A stretch of DNA of 44,994 nucleotides, taken from an uncultured Lachnospiraceae bacterium (GTDB lineage: Bacteria > Bacillota > Clostridia > Lachnospirales > Lachnospiraceae). Positions 30,620-40,834 of this stretch are shown here, piece by piece. Where the stretch lies: assembly GCA_945787995.1 (NCBI GenBank), contig CALZKI010000001.1:1-44994 (forward strand). The letters run 5' to 3'. Every line of letters begins with the position of its first letter. Position 1 is the first letter of the stretch. The notes below the pieces were generated by a model that was not told the DNA's origin, did not search any database, and worked only from the letters and a program-made list of their open reading frames with translations. The position numbers and the translations under genes are program-made.

Positions 30620-31940
30620 GGTCACCTTTTGTGCAATTTTTTTTGAGAAATTCCTGTATTTCTTCAAAAGAAGGGAAATAGTCGCACACTGTTCCCAATG
30701 CTTTGATTCTTTCCTGTAATGTTTCAGAACTGATGCCCAACGTATCGGTTTCCCTGGCGGCATAAATGTCGGCCAGTACGACTCGGTCCGCTAAACCAAG
30801 TGCTTTCGCGAAATCATCCATAAATGCGTAGGTCCTGGTGTAAGTGTGAGGCTGGAATACACACCAGATCGTGTTGTGAGGATAATTTCGGGCGGCTGTT
30901 AAGGTTGCACGAATCTCTGTGGGATGGTGGGCATAGTCATCGATCACAGTCACTCCATGATAGTCTCCCTTGTACTCGAAACGGCGTTCTGTTCCGGTGA
31001 ATTTCTGAAGAGATGCTGCTGTCTTCTCCTCAGAAAGGCCAAGCAGTTCAGACATTGCAATAACCGAAAGAGCATTGATCACATTATGCTTTCCGGTAAC
31101 GCCCAGGCTATACTTTCGATCGGTTTTCCGGCCATTCCTGACCAGCGTGAAGGTTGGTCGTGCCATCTCATCAAAGGATAAGTCTGCAAAAGAGTAATCG
31201 GCATCCTCTTCGGAGCCGAAGGTAATGACTTTGCAGTTCAATCCTTCCGTAATGTCCCCGTAGTTATCGATATCACTGTTGATAAGTAAGATACCCTCTT
31301 GGGGAAGGAGTGCTGCAAATTTTCTGAAGGAATCACGGATGTGGGTCAAATCCTTGAAATAATCCAGGTGATCCGCCTCTATATTTAATATGACACTGAT
31401 CTTTGGGAAAAAGTGCAGAAAACTGTCCGTATATTCACAGGCCTCGGTAACAAAGTAGTTGTCATTACCGACTCTGTAGTTGCCACCGATGGATGGAAGA
31501 ATTCCGCCGATGGAAAGCGTGGGGTCCGTATCTTCTGCCAGCAATACTTCAGAGAGCATGGAAGTAGTCGTTGTTTTGCCATGGGTACCGCTGATAGCGA
31601 TAGGCAGTTTGTAGTTTTTCATCAACTGTCCCAAAAGCTCAGCCCTGGAAAGCATGGGAATCTGAAGTGCTCCTGCACCTATCATTTCGGGATTGGTATC
31701 CTTGATGGCGCTTGTGTAAACCACCAGATCCACATCGGAGGTGATGTGAGAACAGGTCTGCCCGTAATAAATGGTGGCATTTTTCGCTTCCAATTCAGCG
31801 GTTAATGGACTTTTTTGTCTGTCTGATCCGGAAACCCTGAAACCTTCCGAAAGAAGAATTTCAGCCAGACCACTCATACTTATACCTCCTATCCCAATAA
31901 AATAGACGTGGACAGGATGTTTGAAATCAATTTGATACAT
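30558..31940 (-). CDS. murC: UDP-N-acetylmuramate--L-alanine ligase
   Basis: FIGIGGISMSGLA, GTHGKTTT, EACEY, DDYAHHPTE, FQPHTYTR, MGAGDV. Confidence 0.96.
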   Translation of the reverse strand: MYQIDFKHPVHVYFIGIGGISMSGLAEILLSEGFRVSGSDRQKSPLTAELEAKNATIYYGQTCSHITSDVDLVVYTSAIKDTNPEMIGAGALQIPMLSRAELLGQLMKNYKLPIAISGTHGKTTTTSMLSEVLLAEDTDPTLSIGGILPSIGGNYRVGNDNYFVTEACEYTDSFLHFFPKISVILNIEADHLDYFKDLTHIRDSFRKFAALLPQEGILLINSDIDNYGDITEGLNCKVITFGSEEDADYSFADLSFDEMARPTFTLVRNGRKTDRKYSLGVTGKHNVINALSVIAMSELLGLSEEKTAASLQKFTGTERRFEYKGDYHGVTVIDDYAHHPTEIRATLTAARNYPHNTIWCVFQPHTYTRTYAFMDDFAKALGLADRVVLADIYAARETDTLGISSETLQERIKALGTVCDYFPSFEEIQEFLKKNCTKGDLLITMGAGDVVKIGENLLLE

Positions 31941-32237
31941 GTTGGCTCCTGAATAGTTTTCTCAATTATGAATTCAAAGTGAGACAATAATCTTTTACAA
32001 TTATATTTTATTAGTTTACATCTTTTTTCAAAAAGTAACAAGTAGTGGAAGAATTTGTTATTTATATACATATTTTATGTCAAAATCATGCATTTTTTTG
32101 TAAATAATATTCACTAATCGAGATGAGTATGATATAATAACAGAACAAAATGTATTCATTGTCAGATTTAGCAAGATATTTCATCGACAAATGGTACATT
32201 TTTGAAAATATTACAACTATACAACAGGGGTGATTTT

Positions 32238-33509
32238 ATGGTTAAGAAGGAAATGATCGCCATGCTGTTGGCCGGTGGTCAGGGCAGCAGGCTGGGCGTT
32301 CTCACATCGAAAGTCGCAAAACCGGCAGTTTCGTTTGGAAGCAAATACAGAATTATTGACTTCCCACTCAGTAACTGCATCAATTCGGGAGTAGATACGG
32401 TTGGCGTATTGACACAGTATCAGCCACTTCGTCTGAATACCCATATCGGGATCGGTATTCCGTGGGATTTAGATAGAAATATCGGTGGTGTAACAGTACT
32501 TCCGCCTTATGAAAAGAGTGCAAACAGCGAGTGGTACACAGGTACTGCAAATGCTATTTTGCAGAATATCGATTACATGGAAAGCTACAATCCGGAATAT
32601 GTGCTGATTCTGTCAGGTGACCATATCTATAAGATGGATTATGAAGTGATGCTGGATTTCCATAAAAAGAACGGGGCTGAAGTGACCATCGCAGTTATGC
32701 CTGTTCCTATGGAAGAAGCAAAGCGTTTCGGCATTATGATTACCGACGAGAACAGGAAAATAACAGACTTCGAAGAGAAGCCTGAGAATCCCAGAAGTAA
32801 TCTGGCTTCCATGGGCATCTATATCTTCAACTGGAAGACATTAAAGGAAGCATTGCTTTCCAATGAGACACAGCCTAACCTGGATTTTGGTAAACACATT
32901 ATTCCTTATGTACATAAAAACGGAGCACCGCTTTATGCTTATGAATTCAATGGATATTGGAAGGATGTGGGAACCCTGAATTCCTATTGGGAAGCCAATA
33001 TGGAGCTGATCGATATCGTTCCTGAGTTCAATTTATATGAAGAGTATTGGAAGATTTACACCAGGTCTGAAATCCTGCCTCCTCAGTATCTGTCCAGCGA
33101 CAGTGTGATTGAGAGAAGTATCATCGGGGAAGGCACCGAGATCTACGGTAAGGTCTACAACTCAGTGATCGGCCGTGGCGTTGTCATTGGTAAAGGAACC
33201 GTGATACGCGATTCCATTATTATGAACAATACAGTTATTGGTGAGAACTGTGAACTGTACAAAGCGATTGTGGCAGAGGAAACAGTGATTGCCGATAACG
33301 TGAAGCTGGGTATCGGCGAGGAAGTGCCCAATGAGACGGATCCACACATCTACAATCATGGTATTGTAACTGTTGGTGAAAAGAGCTTTGTTCCTGCAGG
33401 TGTTACGGTTGGAAAGAACTCCGTTGTGTTTGGTATTACATCAGAAGAGGATTATCCGGATCACTACTTACCAAGCGGAAAAACTTTGATTAAGGTAGGT
33501 GATAAATAA
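32238..33509 (+). CDS. glgC: Glucose-1-phosphate adenylyltransferase
   Basis: [40 protein letters not shown]. Confidence 0.96.
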   Translation: MVKKEMIAMLLAGGQGSRLGVLTSKVAKPAVSFGSKYRIIDFPLSNCINSGVDTVGVLTQYQPLRLNTHIGIGIPWDLDRNIGGVTVLPPYEKSANSEWYTGTANAILQNIDYMESYNPEYVLILSGDHIYKMDYEVMLDFHKKNGAEVTIAVMPVPMEEAKRFGIMITDENRKITDFEEKPENPRSNLASMGIYIFNWKTLKEALLSNETQPNLDFGKHIIPYVHKNGAPLYAYEFNGYWKDVGTLNSYWEANMELIDIVPEFNLYEEYWKIYTRSEILPPQYLSSDSVIERSIIGEGTEIYGKVYNSVIGRGVVIGKGTVIRDSIIMNNTVIGENCELYKAIVAEETVIADNVKLGIGEEVPNETDPHIYNHGIVTVGEKSFVPAGVTVGKNSVVFGITSEEDYPDHYLPSGKTLIKVGDK

Positions 33510-34627
33510 TGAGAGCAATCGGTATTATTTTAGCTGGTGGTAATAACCACAGAATGAAGGAATTAACACGGAAGAGAGCGACCTGTGCAATGCCTATCGC
33601 CGGATGCTACAGAAGTATCGACTTTGCATTGAGCAATATGACTAACTCTCATATCAATAAAGTAGCTGTTCTGACACAGTATAATGCGGGCAGCTTAAAC
33701 GAGCACTTAAGTTCTTCCAAATGGTGGAACTTTGGTAGAAAACAGGGTGGATTGTCTGTATTTACCCCTACCATTACAGCAGACAGTAATGTGTGGTACA
33801 GGGGAACAGCAGACGCCATTGCACAGAACCTGGCTTATTTGAAATCCTCTCATGAACCATATGTTGTGATTTCCTCCGGTGACTGCGTATATAAGATGGA
33901 TTACAATAAGGTTTTGGAATACCATATCGACAAGAAAGCAGATATTACAGTGGTTGTGAAGACCATGCCTGCCGGCTTTAATGTAGAGCGTTACGGCACG
34001 GTAAGGATGAATGAGGATTGCAGAATTGAAGAATTCGAGGAGAAACCGATTTCTGCAAAATCCAATACCATTTCCTGCGGTATCTATGTTGTAAGAAGAA
34101 GACTCTTAATCGAAATGATTGAGCGCTGCGCAGAAGAAGACAGATATGATTTGGTAAAGGACGTGCTGATCCGTTACAAGGATATGAAGAACATCTACGG
34201 TTATAAGATGCAGGAATACTGGTCAAATATCTCTTCTGTAGAAGATTATTTCACCACCAATATGGATTTCTTAAAGCCGGAAGTCAGAGATTATTTCTTC
34301 AAACAGTATCCGGATATTTACTCTAAGGTAGATGATCTGCCTCCTGCAAAATACAATACAGGTGCGGTTGTGAAGAACAGTCTTGTATCCTGTGGATGTA
34401 TCGTTAACGGAACGGTTGAAGATTCTGTTGTATTCAAGAAAGCATACATTGGCAATAACTGCTACATCAAGAACTGTATTATTCTGAATGATGTGTATAT
34501 AGGGGACAATACGCATATTGAAAATTGCATTGTGGAAAGCAGAGGTACGATCAGAGCCAATTCCTGCTTCAAGGGCGAGGACGGAATTAAGATAGTGGTT
34601 GAACATAGCGAGAGATACGTTATCTAA
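33509..34627 (+). CDS. glgD: Glucose-1-phosphate adenylyltransferase subunit GlgD
   Basis: GlgC paralog with divergent catalytic motifs (LAGGNNHRM, YRSIDFALSN); start overlaps the glgC stop. Confidence 0.92.
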   Translation: MRAIGIILAGGNNHRMKELTRKRATCAMPIAGCYRSIDFALSNMTNSHINKVAVLTQYNAGSLNEHLSSSKWWNFGRKQGGLSVFTPTITADSNVWYRGTADAIAQNLAYLKSSHEPYVVISSGDCVYKMDYNKVLEYHIDKKADITVVVKTMPAGFNVERYGTVRMNEDCRIEEFEEKPISAKSNTISCGIYVVRRRLLIEMIERCAEEDRYDLVKDVLIRYKDMKNIYGYKMQEYWSNISSVEDYFTTNMDFLKPEVRDYFFKQYPDIYSKVDDLPPAKYNTGAVVKNSLVSCGCIVNGTVEDSVVFKKAYIGNNCYIKNCIILNDVYIGDNTHIENCIVESRGTIRANSCFKGEDGIKIVVEHSERYVI

Positions 34628-34670
34628 TGTTCATGAACTAAAGATATAAGACTTATAAGGGGGAAGAAAA

Positions 34671-34946
34671 ATGAATATTACAGATGTAAGGGTTCGTAAG
34701 ATCACCGCTGAAGGGAAGATGAAAGCAATTGTTTCCATCACCATTGATGATGTGTTTGTAGTACATGACATCAAAGTGATCGATGGTGAGAAAGGGTTGT
34801 TCATCGCCATGCCCAGCAAAAAGGCAACAGATGGAGAATATAGAGATATTGCGCATCCTATTAACTCCAAAACAAGAGAAGATTTGCAGAACCTGATTTT
34901 ATCTCGTTATGAACAGGCGTTATTGGAGCCTGACACAGAAGAATAA
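34671..34946 (+). CDS. spoVG: Septation regulator SpoVG
   Basis: [34 protein letters not shown]. Confidence 0.97.
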   Translation: MNITDVRVRKITAEGKMKAIVSITIDDVFVVHDIKVIDGEKGLFIAMPSKKATDGEYRDIAHPINSKTREDLQNLILSRYEQALLEPDTEE

Positions 34947-34957
34947 GTAATATGCTG

Positions 34958-34990
34958 AATCGGCAGGGCGTTTAGCCTTGCCGATTTTTT
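34958..34990 (+). terminator. Intrinsic terminator
   Basis: AATCGGCAGGGC-GTTTA-GCCTTGCCGATT followed by a T run. Confidence 0.8.
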
Positions 34991-35087
34991 ATGCAAGGAT
35001 GCACACGATTTTGCAGTGGAATATTGTCGCGAAAATCTGTTTTCTATGATAAGATTTCTGGTATAAGACATAGAAATGAGGTGCCGG

Positions 35088-35648
35088 ATGTATATTATTG
35101 TAGGCTTAGGAAATCCTGACAGAAAATATCAGGGAACAAGACATAATATTGGATTTGATGTGGTGGATGCGTTTGCAAAGCGTTTCTCCATTGATGTGAT
35201 CAATAAGAAATTTAACGCACTGGTTGGCACAGGAGTGGCGGAGGGCCACAAGGTTGTGCTGGTGAAGCCGCAGACCTATATGAATCTCAGCGGAGAAAGT
35301 GTGCGCCGTGTATTGGATTTTTATAAAGTAGATGAGACACAGGAACTGATTGTCATATCGGATGATATCAGTCTGGATGTGGGCAGATTGCGTATCAGAA
35401 AAAAGGGAAGTGCAGGCGGTCACAATGGATTAAAAAATATCATTCTCCATTTGGGCCATGGTAACTTCCACCGTATTAAGGTAGGGGTAGGCGAGAAACC
35501 CACGGGTTATGACCTGGCAGATTACGTACTGGGACACTTTTCAAAAGAAGAACAGAAGGTGATGGAAGAAACTGCCAAACGGGCAGTTGAGGCATTGCTT
35601 GTTATGATGAATGAGGGCGCTGATGCGGCCATGAATCAATTTAATTGA
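35088..35648 (+). CDS. pth: Peptidyl-tRNA hydrolase
   Basis: IVGLGNP, TRHNIGF, KPQTYMNLSG, GSAGGHNGLK. Confidence 0.97.
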   Translation: MYIIVGLGNPDRKYQGTRHNIGFDVVDAFAKRFSIDVINKKFNALVGTGVAEGHKVVLVKPQTYMNLSGESVRRVLDFYKVDETQELIVISDDISLDVGRLRIRKKGSAGGHNGLKNIILHLGHGNFHRIKVGVGEKPTGYDLADYVLGHFSKEEQKVMEETAKRAVEALLVMMNEGADAAMNQFN

Positions 35649-35703
35649 TGGATTTCGTAAAGGAAATGATTCAGTAAATAGACTAAAGCGAGAGGAAAAG
35701 TCG

Positions 35704-38700
35704 TTGAGAGCATTACAGGAACCATTGTATGAGCTGGCCGAATTTGACCGGATAGCAAAAGAATTCAGAAAACCGGGAGGGAGTGTTACCTTAACCGGAT
35801 GTGTGGAATCTCAGAAACTTCACATCATAAATGGCTTGTCTGATGGATTTAAAAATAAAATTATCATAACCTACAGTGACTTGCGGGCAAAGCAGCTGTA
35901 TGAAGAATACCGTTTCTATGATCGGAATGTCCTTTTTTTCCCTGCCAAGGATTTGATTTTCTTTCAGGCAGACATTCACGGAAACCAGTTGACCAGAGAA
36001 CGAGTTAAGTGTTTTAAAAGAATTCTGTCAGGGAAACCGGTGACAGTGATCACCACCCTGGACAGTTTTATGACACCTCAGATTCCTCTGGATTATATGA
36101 AGGAGAATGTGATTCATATTGCGGTCCACGATTCCCTGGATGAACGTCAGATTGCCGGAAAACTGGTAACGCTTGGCTATGAGAAGACTTATCAGGTAGA
36201 GGAGCCGGGACAATTTTCCATCCGGGGCGGCATTTTGGACGTGTATGATCTGACGGAAGAAAATCCTTATCGAATTGAGTTATGGGGAGATGAGGTGGAT
36301 TCCATTCGAAGCTTTGATGTGCTGAGTCAGAGATCCGTAGAAAAGCTGCAGTCCATAGATATTTATCCGGCCTCGGAAATGATCCTGGATGAAGAACGAT
36401 TGCAGAGAGGTCTGACACTTTTGGAGGAAGATGCCACAGGCTGCTCGGAAGAATTACGCAAGGCTTTTAAGACGGAAGAAGCTTATCGCGTAAAAAGTCA
36501 GGTAAAGGCATTGAAAGAGCAACTGCTGGAGTTTGGCGTGTCCATTTCCAGTTTGAATATGGACAGCTATGTGCATTATTTCTTTGAAGAGACAGATTCT
36601 CTGCTTACTTATTTTGTACCGGAAGGAACCGGTATCTTTCTGGATGAACCTTCCAGAGTAGAGGAACAGGTAAATGCTGTAATGGCGGAATTTACCGACA
36701 GCATGATGCACAGGTTGGAGAAGGGATACATTCTGCCGGGCCAGGCAGACATTCTGATTCCCTATGAGGCTATCTGTGAGAAATTGTCAAAGTACAGTGT
36801 AGCCGGCATTTGCATGATGGATCTGAAGAATACCCTTCATAAGAGTGAACACCGACTGGATATACACTGCAGAAGCATGGCTTCCTATAAGGGAGATTTT
36901 GTGGGTCTGGTAAAGGATCTGCAGAAGCTGAAGAAGAACGGTTACCGGGTACTCCTTTTATCCGGTTCCAGAACAAGGGCAAAGCGTCTGGCCAAGGACC
37001 TGGCAGAAGAATATGAATTGTCCTCTTTCTATTCGGAGGATCCAGACAGAGAGATTCAACCCGGGGAAATCATGACTTACTATGGTCATGTGGAAAAAGG
37101 CTTTGAGTATCCCTTGATTAAGTTTGCCGTTATCACGGAAACAGACATTTTCGGGAATGAACAGAAGAAGCAGAAAAGGAAACAAAAAGGTTCCGGCAAG
37201 ACAATTGAAGACTTCAAGGATCTGAAGGTAGGAGACTATGTGGTACATGAAACCCATGGTTTGGGAATTTACCAGGGTATTGAAAAAATAGAAGTAGACA
37301 AGGTGGAAAAAGACTACATGAAGATTTCCTACCGGGACGGTGGAAATCTCTATGTGTTGGCAACCAGCCTGGATATGATACAAAAATATGCATCTGCAGA
37401 TGCGGAAAAAGTACCCAAGATCAATAAACTGGGTACATCGGAATGGACCAAGACGAAAACCAAAGTCCGCACTGCAGTAGATGGTGTGGCGAAGGAGCTG
37501 GTGGAACTGTATGCCGTAAGGCAACAGAAGCAGGGCTATCAGTATGGACCGGATACGGTATGGCAGAAAGAGTTCGAGGAGATGTTCCCGTATACGGAAA
37601 CCGGAGACCAGTTAAGTGCCATTGAGGCAACCAAACAGGACATGGAAAGCAGCAGAATCATGGATCGTCTGGTATGCGGAGATGTGGGATACGGTAAAAC
37701 GGAGATCGCTATCAGAGCAGCCTTCAAGGCAGTGCAGGAAGGTAAACAGGTAGTGTACCTGGTGCCAACTACCATTCTGGCCCAGCAGCATTACAATACG
37801 TTTGTGCAGCGAATGAAGGATTTCCCTGTGCGAATCGATTTGTTATCCCGGTTTCGAAGCACTGCACAACAGAAAAAGACAATAGATGACCTCTCAAAAG
37901 GCTTTGTAGATATTGTGATCGGAACCCATCGAGTGCTGTCCAAGGATGTTGCCTTCAAGGATCTGGGGCTGCTTATCGTAGACGAAGAACAACGATTTGG
38001 AGTCACCCACAAAGAGAAAATAAAGCAGTTGAAAGAAGATGTAGATGTATTGACTCTCACAGCGACACCGATTCCCAGAACCCTTCATATGAGCCTGGTG
38101 GGAATTCGAGATATGAGTGTGTTGGATGAAGCGCCGGAAGAGCGAGTGCCCATTCAGACCTTTGTCTGTGAATACAACGAAGAAATGGTTCGTGAAGCCA
38201 TATCCAGAGAACTGGCCAGAGGTGGTCAGGTGTACTATGTATTTAACCGGGTGAACGGGATAGCAGAGATGGCGGCAACCATATCAGAGCTTGTTCCCGG
38301 TGCCAATGTGGCATACGCCCACGGCCAGATGCAGGAGCGTGAACTGGAAAGGATCATGTACGATTTTGTGGATGGAACCATCGATGTACTGGTCTCCACC
38401 ACTATCGTAGAGACCGGTATGGATATACCCAATGTGAATACCATGATCATACATGATTCGGATCGACTGGGCTTATCCCAGCTTTACCAACTGCGGGGCC
38501 GTGTGGGAAGATCCAATAGGACAGCTTACGCCTTCTTAATGTATCGAAGAGACAAATTGCTGACAGAGGTTGCGGAAAAACGCCTGGCTGCCATTCGTGA
38601 GTTTACCGATCTGGGAAGCGGTTATCGGATCGCCCTGCGTGATCTGGAAATCAGAGGTGCCGGTAACCTGCTTGGAAAGAAACAGCATGGACACATGGCA

Positions 38701-39246
38701 GCAGTAGGATATGAGTTGTACTGTAAGATGCTAAATGATGCAGTTCGAAAACTGAAGGGAGTGCAGGTAAGAGAACGGTTTGAAACCAATGTGGATCTGG
38801 ATGTGGCGGCATACATTCCTCCCTCTTATATCATGAACGAAACCCAGAAGCTGGAAATCTATAAACGGATTGCAGCCATCGAAACCGATACGGAATGTGA
38901 GGAAGTAAAAGAAGAATTGCTGGATCGTTTCGGTGAAATTCCGAAATCGGTAGATAATCTGTTGCGCATTGTACTGATTAAAATTGCAGCGAATAAATTA
39001 TTTATTACAGAAATACGGGGAAAAACAGGATCGCTCTCCTTCCGTATGAAACCGGATGCACCAATCCATGTGGAATGTATTCCCGGTATGCTGAAGGCCC
39101 AGGGCGGAAAGATGACCTTTGATCCCAAAGGGGTTCCCACCTTCCGGTACCGTTACGTGAAATACGGTGTGATTGAAGAGGATGAGCGACAACTGATGGA
39201 ACATACAGAACGTTTGCTGAAAGAAGCATTTGCTACGTTACTATAA
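35704..39246 (+). CDS. mfd: Transcription-repair coupling factor
   Basis: GDYVVH..HGLG, CGDVGYGKTE, DEEQRFG, TATPIPRT, QLRGRVGR; TTG start with GAGG RBS. Confidence 0.97.
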   Translation: MRALQEPLYELAEFDRIAKEFRKPGGSVTLTGCVESQKLHIINGLSDGFKNKIIITYSDLRAKQLYEEYRFYDRNVLFFPAKDLIFFQADIHGNQLTRERVKCFKRILSGKPVTVITTLDSFMTPQIPLDYMKENVIHIAVHDSLDERQIAGKLVTLGYEKTYQVEEPGQFSIRGGILDVYDLTEENPYRIELWGDEVDSIRSFDVLSQRSVEKLQSIDIYPASEMILDEERLQRGLTLLEEDATGCSEELRKAFKTEEAYRVKSQVKALKEQLLEFGVSISSLNMDSYVHYFFEETDSLLTYFVPEGTGIFLDEPSRVEEQVNAVMAEFTDSMMHRLEKGYILPGQADILIPYEAICEKLSKYSVAGICMMDLKNTLHKSEHRLDIHCRSMASYKGDFVGLVKDLQKLKKNGYRVLLLSGSRTRAKRLAKDLAEEYELSSFYSEDPDREIQPGEIMTYYGHVEKGFEYPLIKFAVITETDIFGNEQKKQKRKQKGSGKTIEDFKDLKVGDYVVHETHGLGIYQGIEKIEVDKVEKDYMKISYRDGGNLYVLATSLDMIQKYASADAEKVPKINKLGTSEWTKTKTKVRTAVDGVAKELVELYAVRQQKQGYQYGPDTVWQKEFEEMFPYTETGDQLSAIEATKQDMESSRIMDRLVCGDVGYGKTEIAIRAAFKAVQEGKQVVYLVPTTILAQQHYNTFVQRMKDFPVRIDLLSRFRSTAQQKKTIDDLSKGFVDIVIGTHRVLSKDVAFKDLGLLIVDEEQRFGVTHKEKIKQLKEDVDVLTLTATPIPRTLHMSLVGIRDMSVLDEAPEERVPIQTFVCEYNEEMVREAISRELARGGQVYYVFNRVNGIAEMAATISELVPGANVAYAHGQMQERELERIMYDFVDGTIDVLVSTTIVETGMDIPNVNTMIIHDSDRLGLSQLYQLRGRVGRSNRTAYAFLMYRRDKLLTEVAEKRLAAIREFTDLGSGYRIALRDLEIRGAGNLLGKKQHGHMAAVGYELYCKMLNDAVRKLKGVQVRERFETNVDLDVAAYIPPSYIMNETQKLEIYKRIAAIETDTECEEVKEELLDRFGEIPKSVDNLLRIVLIKIAANKLFITEIRGKTGSLSFRMKPDAPIHVECIPGMLKAQGGKMTFDPKGVPTFRYRYVKYGVIEEDERQLMEHTERLLKEAFATLL

Positions 39247-39265
39247 AGCGGAGGAACTTAAGGAT

Positions 39266-40234
39266 ATGAAAACATGGCTTAAAGTGTCTTTAGGGTTAAT
39301 TGCCTTATCGGAGGCAGTTTTTACAGGTGCAGGTTTGGGTGCCTTCATGATGAATCTGCGTCGAAGACCTGAATGGGATGATGGCATACGTATCTTAAGC
39401 CAGGATGATATGCGCAACGATTTCTATCGTCGTAAGCATATGGTCTGGATCAACAGCCAAAAACAGGAAAAGTATGAAAGGGTGTCCTTCGATGGCTTAA
39501 AACTGAAAGCAACCTATGTGTACAATGAGGCACAAACGGAAACCAAAGAAAGAAAGGTGGTTCTGTTTTCCCATGGTTATGGCGGCAAAGGAATTGGCGA
39601 TATGAGCACTTTTGCAGATTATTACTCCGCACGGGGATATGACATGTTCTTCCCGGATCAGAGAACCCACGGGGAAAGTGAAGGTACCTTTATCACTTTC
39701 GGAGCCAATGAGCATCGGGACATTCAGATGTGGTGCGATGAAATTGTGAAGAAGTGGGGGCCTGACTGCAAAATCGTCCTTCACGGTTGGTCCATGGGTG
39801 CTGCTACCGCATACCTTGCCGTGTGCCATGGCATGCCCTCCCAATTGAAATGCCTGGTATTCGACTGCGGTTACTGCTCCGCCTACGAAGAGTTCATGAG
39901 TGTTGCCAAGCATGCTTTTCCACTTCCGGAACCGATTCTGCACTGGGTTGTGCTGCACGCCGGAATTTGGACCAGACTGCTGGCCCATTTTCCCATCTCA
40001 GAGGCTTCTCCTCTGCACTATGCAGACAGGATGAAGCTTCCCGTGCTGTTCGTCCACGGTGCCGCTGATGACTTCGTGCCTACTTGGATGGGACACAAGC
40101 TTTATGCAGCCACCAAAAACGTACCCTACAAGGATCAGCTCATCGTGCCCGACGCAGGTCATGTCATGAGCTACGTGTATGATCGGGATGCCTACCAGGA
40201 TGCCCTGGACCGCCTCCTTGACTTCGCCATGTAA
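39266..40234 (+). CDS. Alpha/beta-fold hydrolase
   Basis: HGYGG, nucleophile elbow GWSMG, HGAADDFVP, AGH; GGAGG/AAGGA upstream of ATG 39266. Confidence 0.9.
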   Translation: MKTWLKVSLGLIALSEAVFTGAGLGAFMMNLRRRPEWDDGIRILSQDDMRNDFYRRKHMVWINSQKQEKYERVSFDGLKLKATYVYNEAQTETKERKVVLFSHGYGGKGIGDMSTFADYYSARGYDMFFPDQRTHGESEGTFITFGANEHRDIQMWCDEIVKKWGPDCKIVLHGWSMGAATAYLAVCHGMPSQLKCLVFDCGYCSAYEEFMSVAKHAFPLPEPILHWVVLHAGIWTRLLAHFPISEASPLHYADRMKLPVLFVHGAADDFVPTWMGHKLYAATKNVPYKDQLIVPDAGHVMSYVYDRDAYQDALDRLLDFAM

Positions 40235-40834
40235 TCCTGACCGTATCGTTTCCCAACCGGTCGGCACCTTCCCGTGTCGGCCGGTATTCTTTTGCCCTCT
40301 CTCCACCTTCTCCCTCACCCCTCGCCTCTCCCCCGGCCAGTCTGTTGGCAACTCCAATTGCCTCCCTGATTCTCCTCCTACCCTTCTCACCTTCGATAAT
40401 TCATGTCTTTTCAAGGGTGGACACCCCGTAGGCCTATGTTCACCTGTGGGAAGACGATTTCAGTTCCATTTCGTGTTTTTCTTTGCGTCGCAAACGAGCT
40501 ACATGTTAATCCGGCTTTCAACCGTCCAAAGAGCGAAGCTCTGCGTTTTGAAAGCCGGATTATAATATCAACGTAGCGAGTGCGACGCTTAGAAAAACTA
40601 GAAATAGAACTGGAGTCTTCCACAGGTAGTACATAGGCCACGGGGATGTTCACCCATTGCCAAGACATGAAAATTGTGAGAAGGGCAGGAGGAGGGGAGG
40701 CAGATGGAGTTGCCAACAGACTGGCCCGGGGGAGAGGCGAGGGGTGAGGGAGAAGGCGGGGGAGAGGGGAGCGAAGAAAAAGCCCGACACGGGAAGGTGC
40801 CGGGCTGAGAGGGAACAGGATACTGTTAGGGTTA
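40232..40834. repeat. 603-bp imperfect palindrome filling the whole spacer between the convergent hydrolase and htrA genes
   Basis: Perfect paired blocks 40306-40334/40728-40756 (29 bp), 40335-40356/40705-40726 (22 bp), 40485-40492/40581-40588 and 40507-40521/40548-40562; apex AGAGC-GAA-GCTCT at 40530-40542. Confidence 0.9.
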
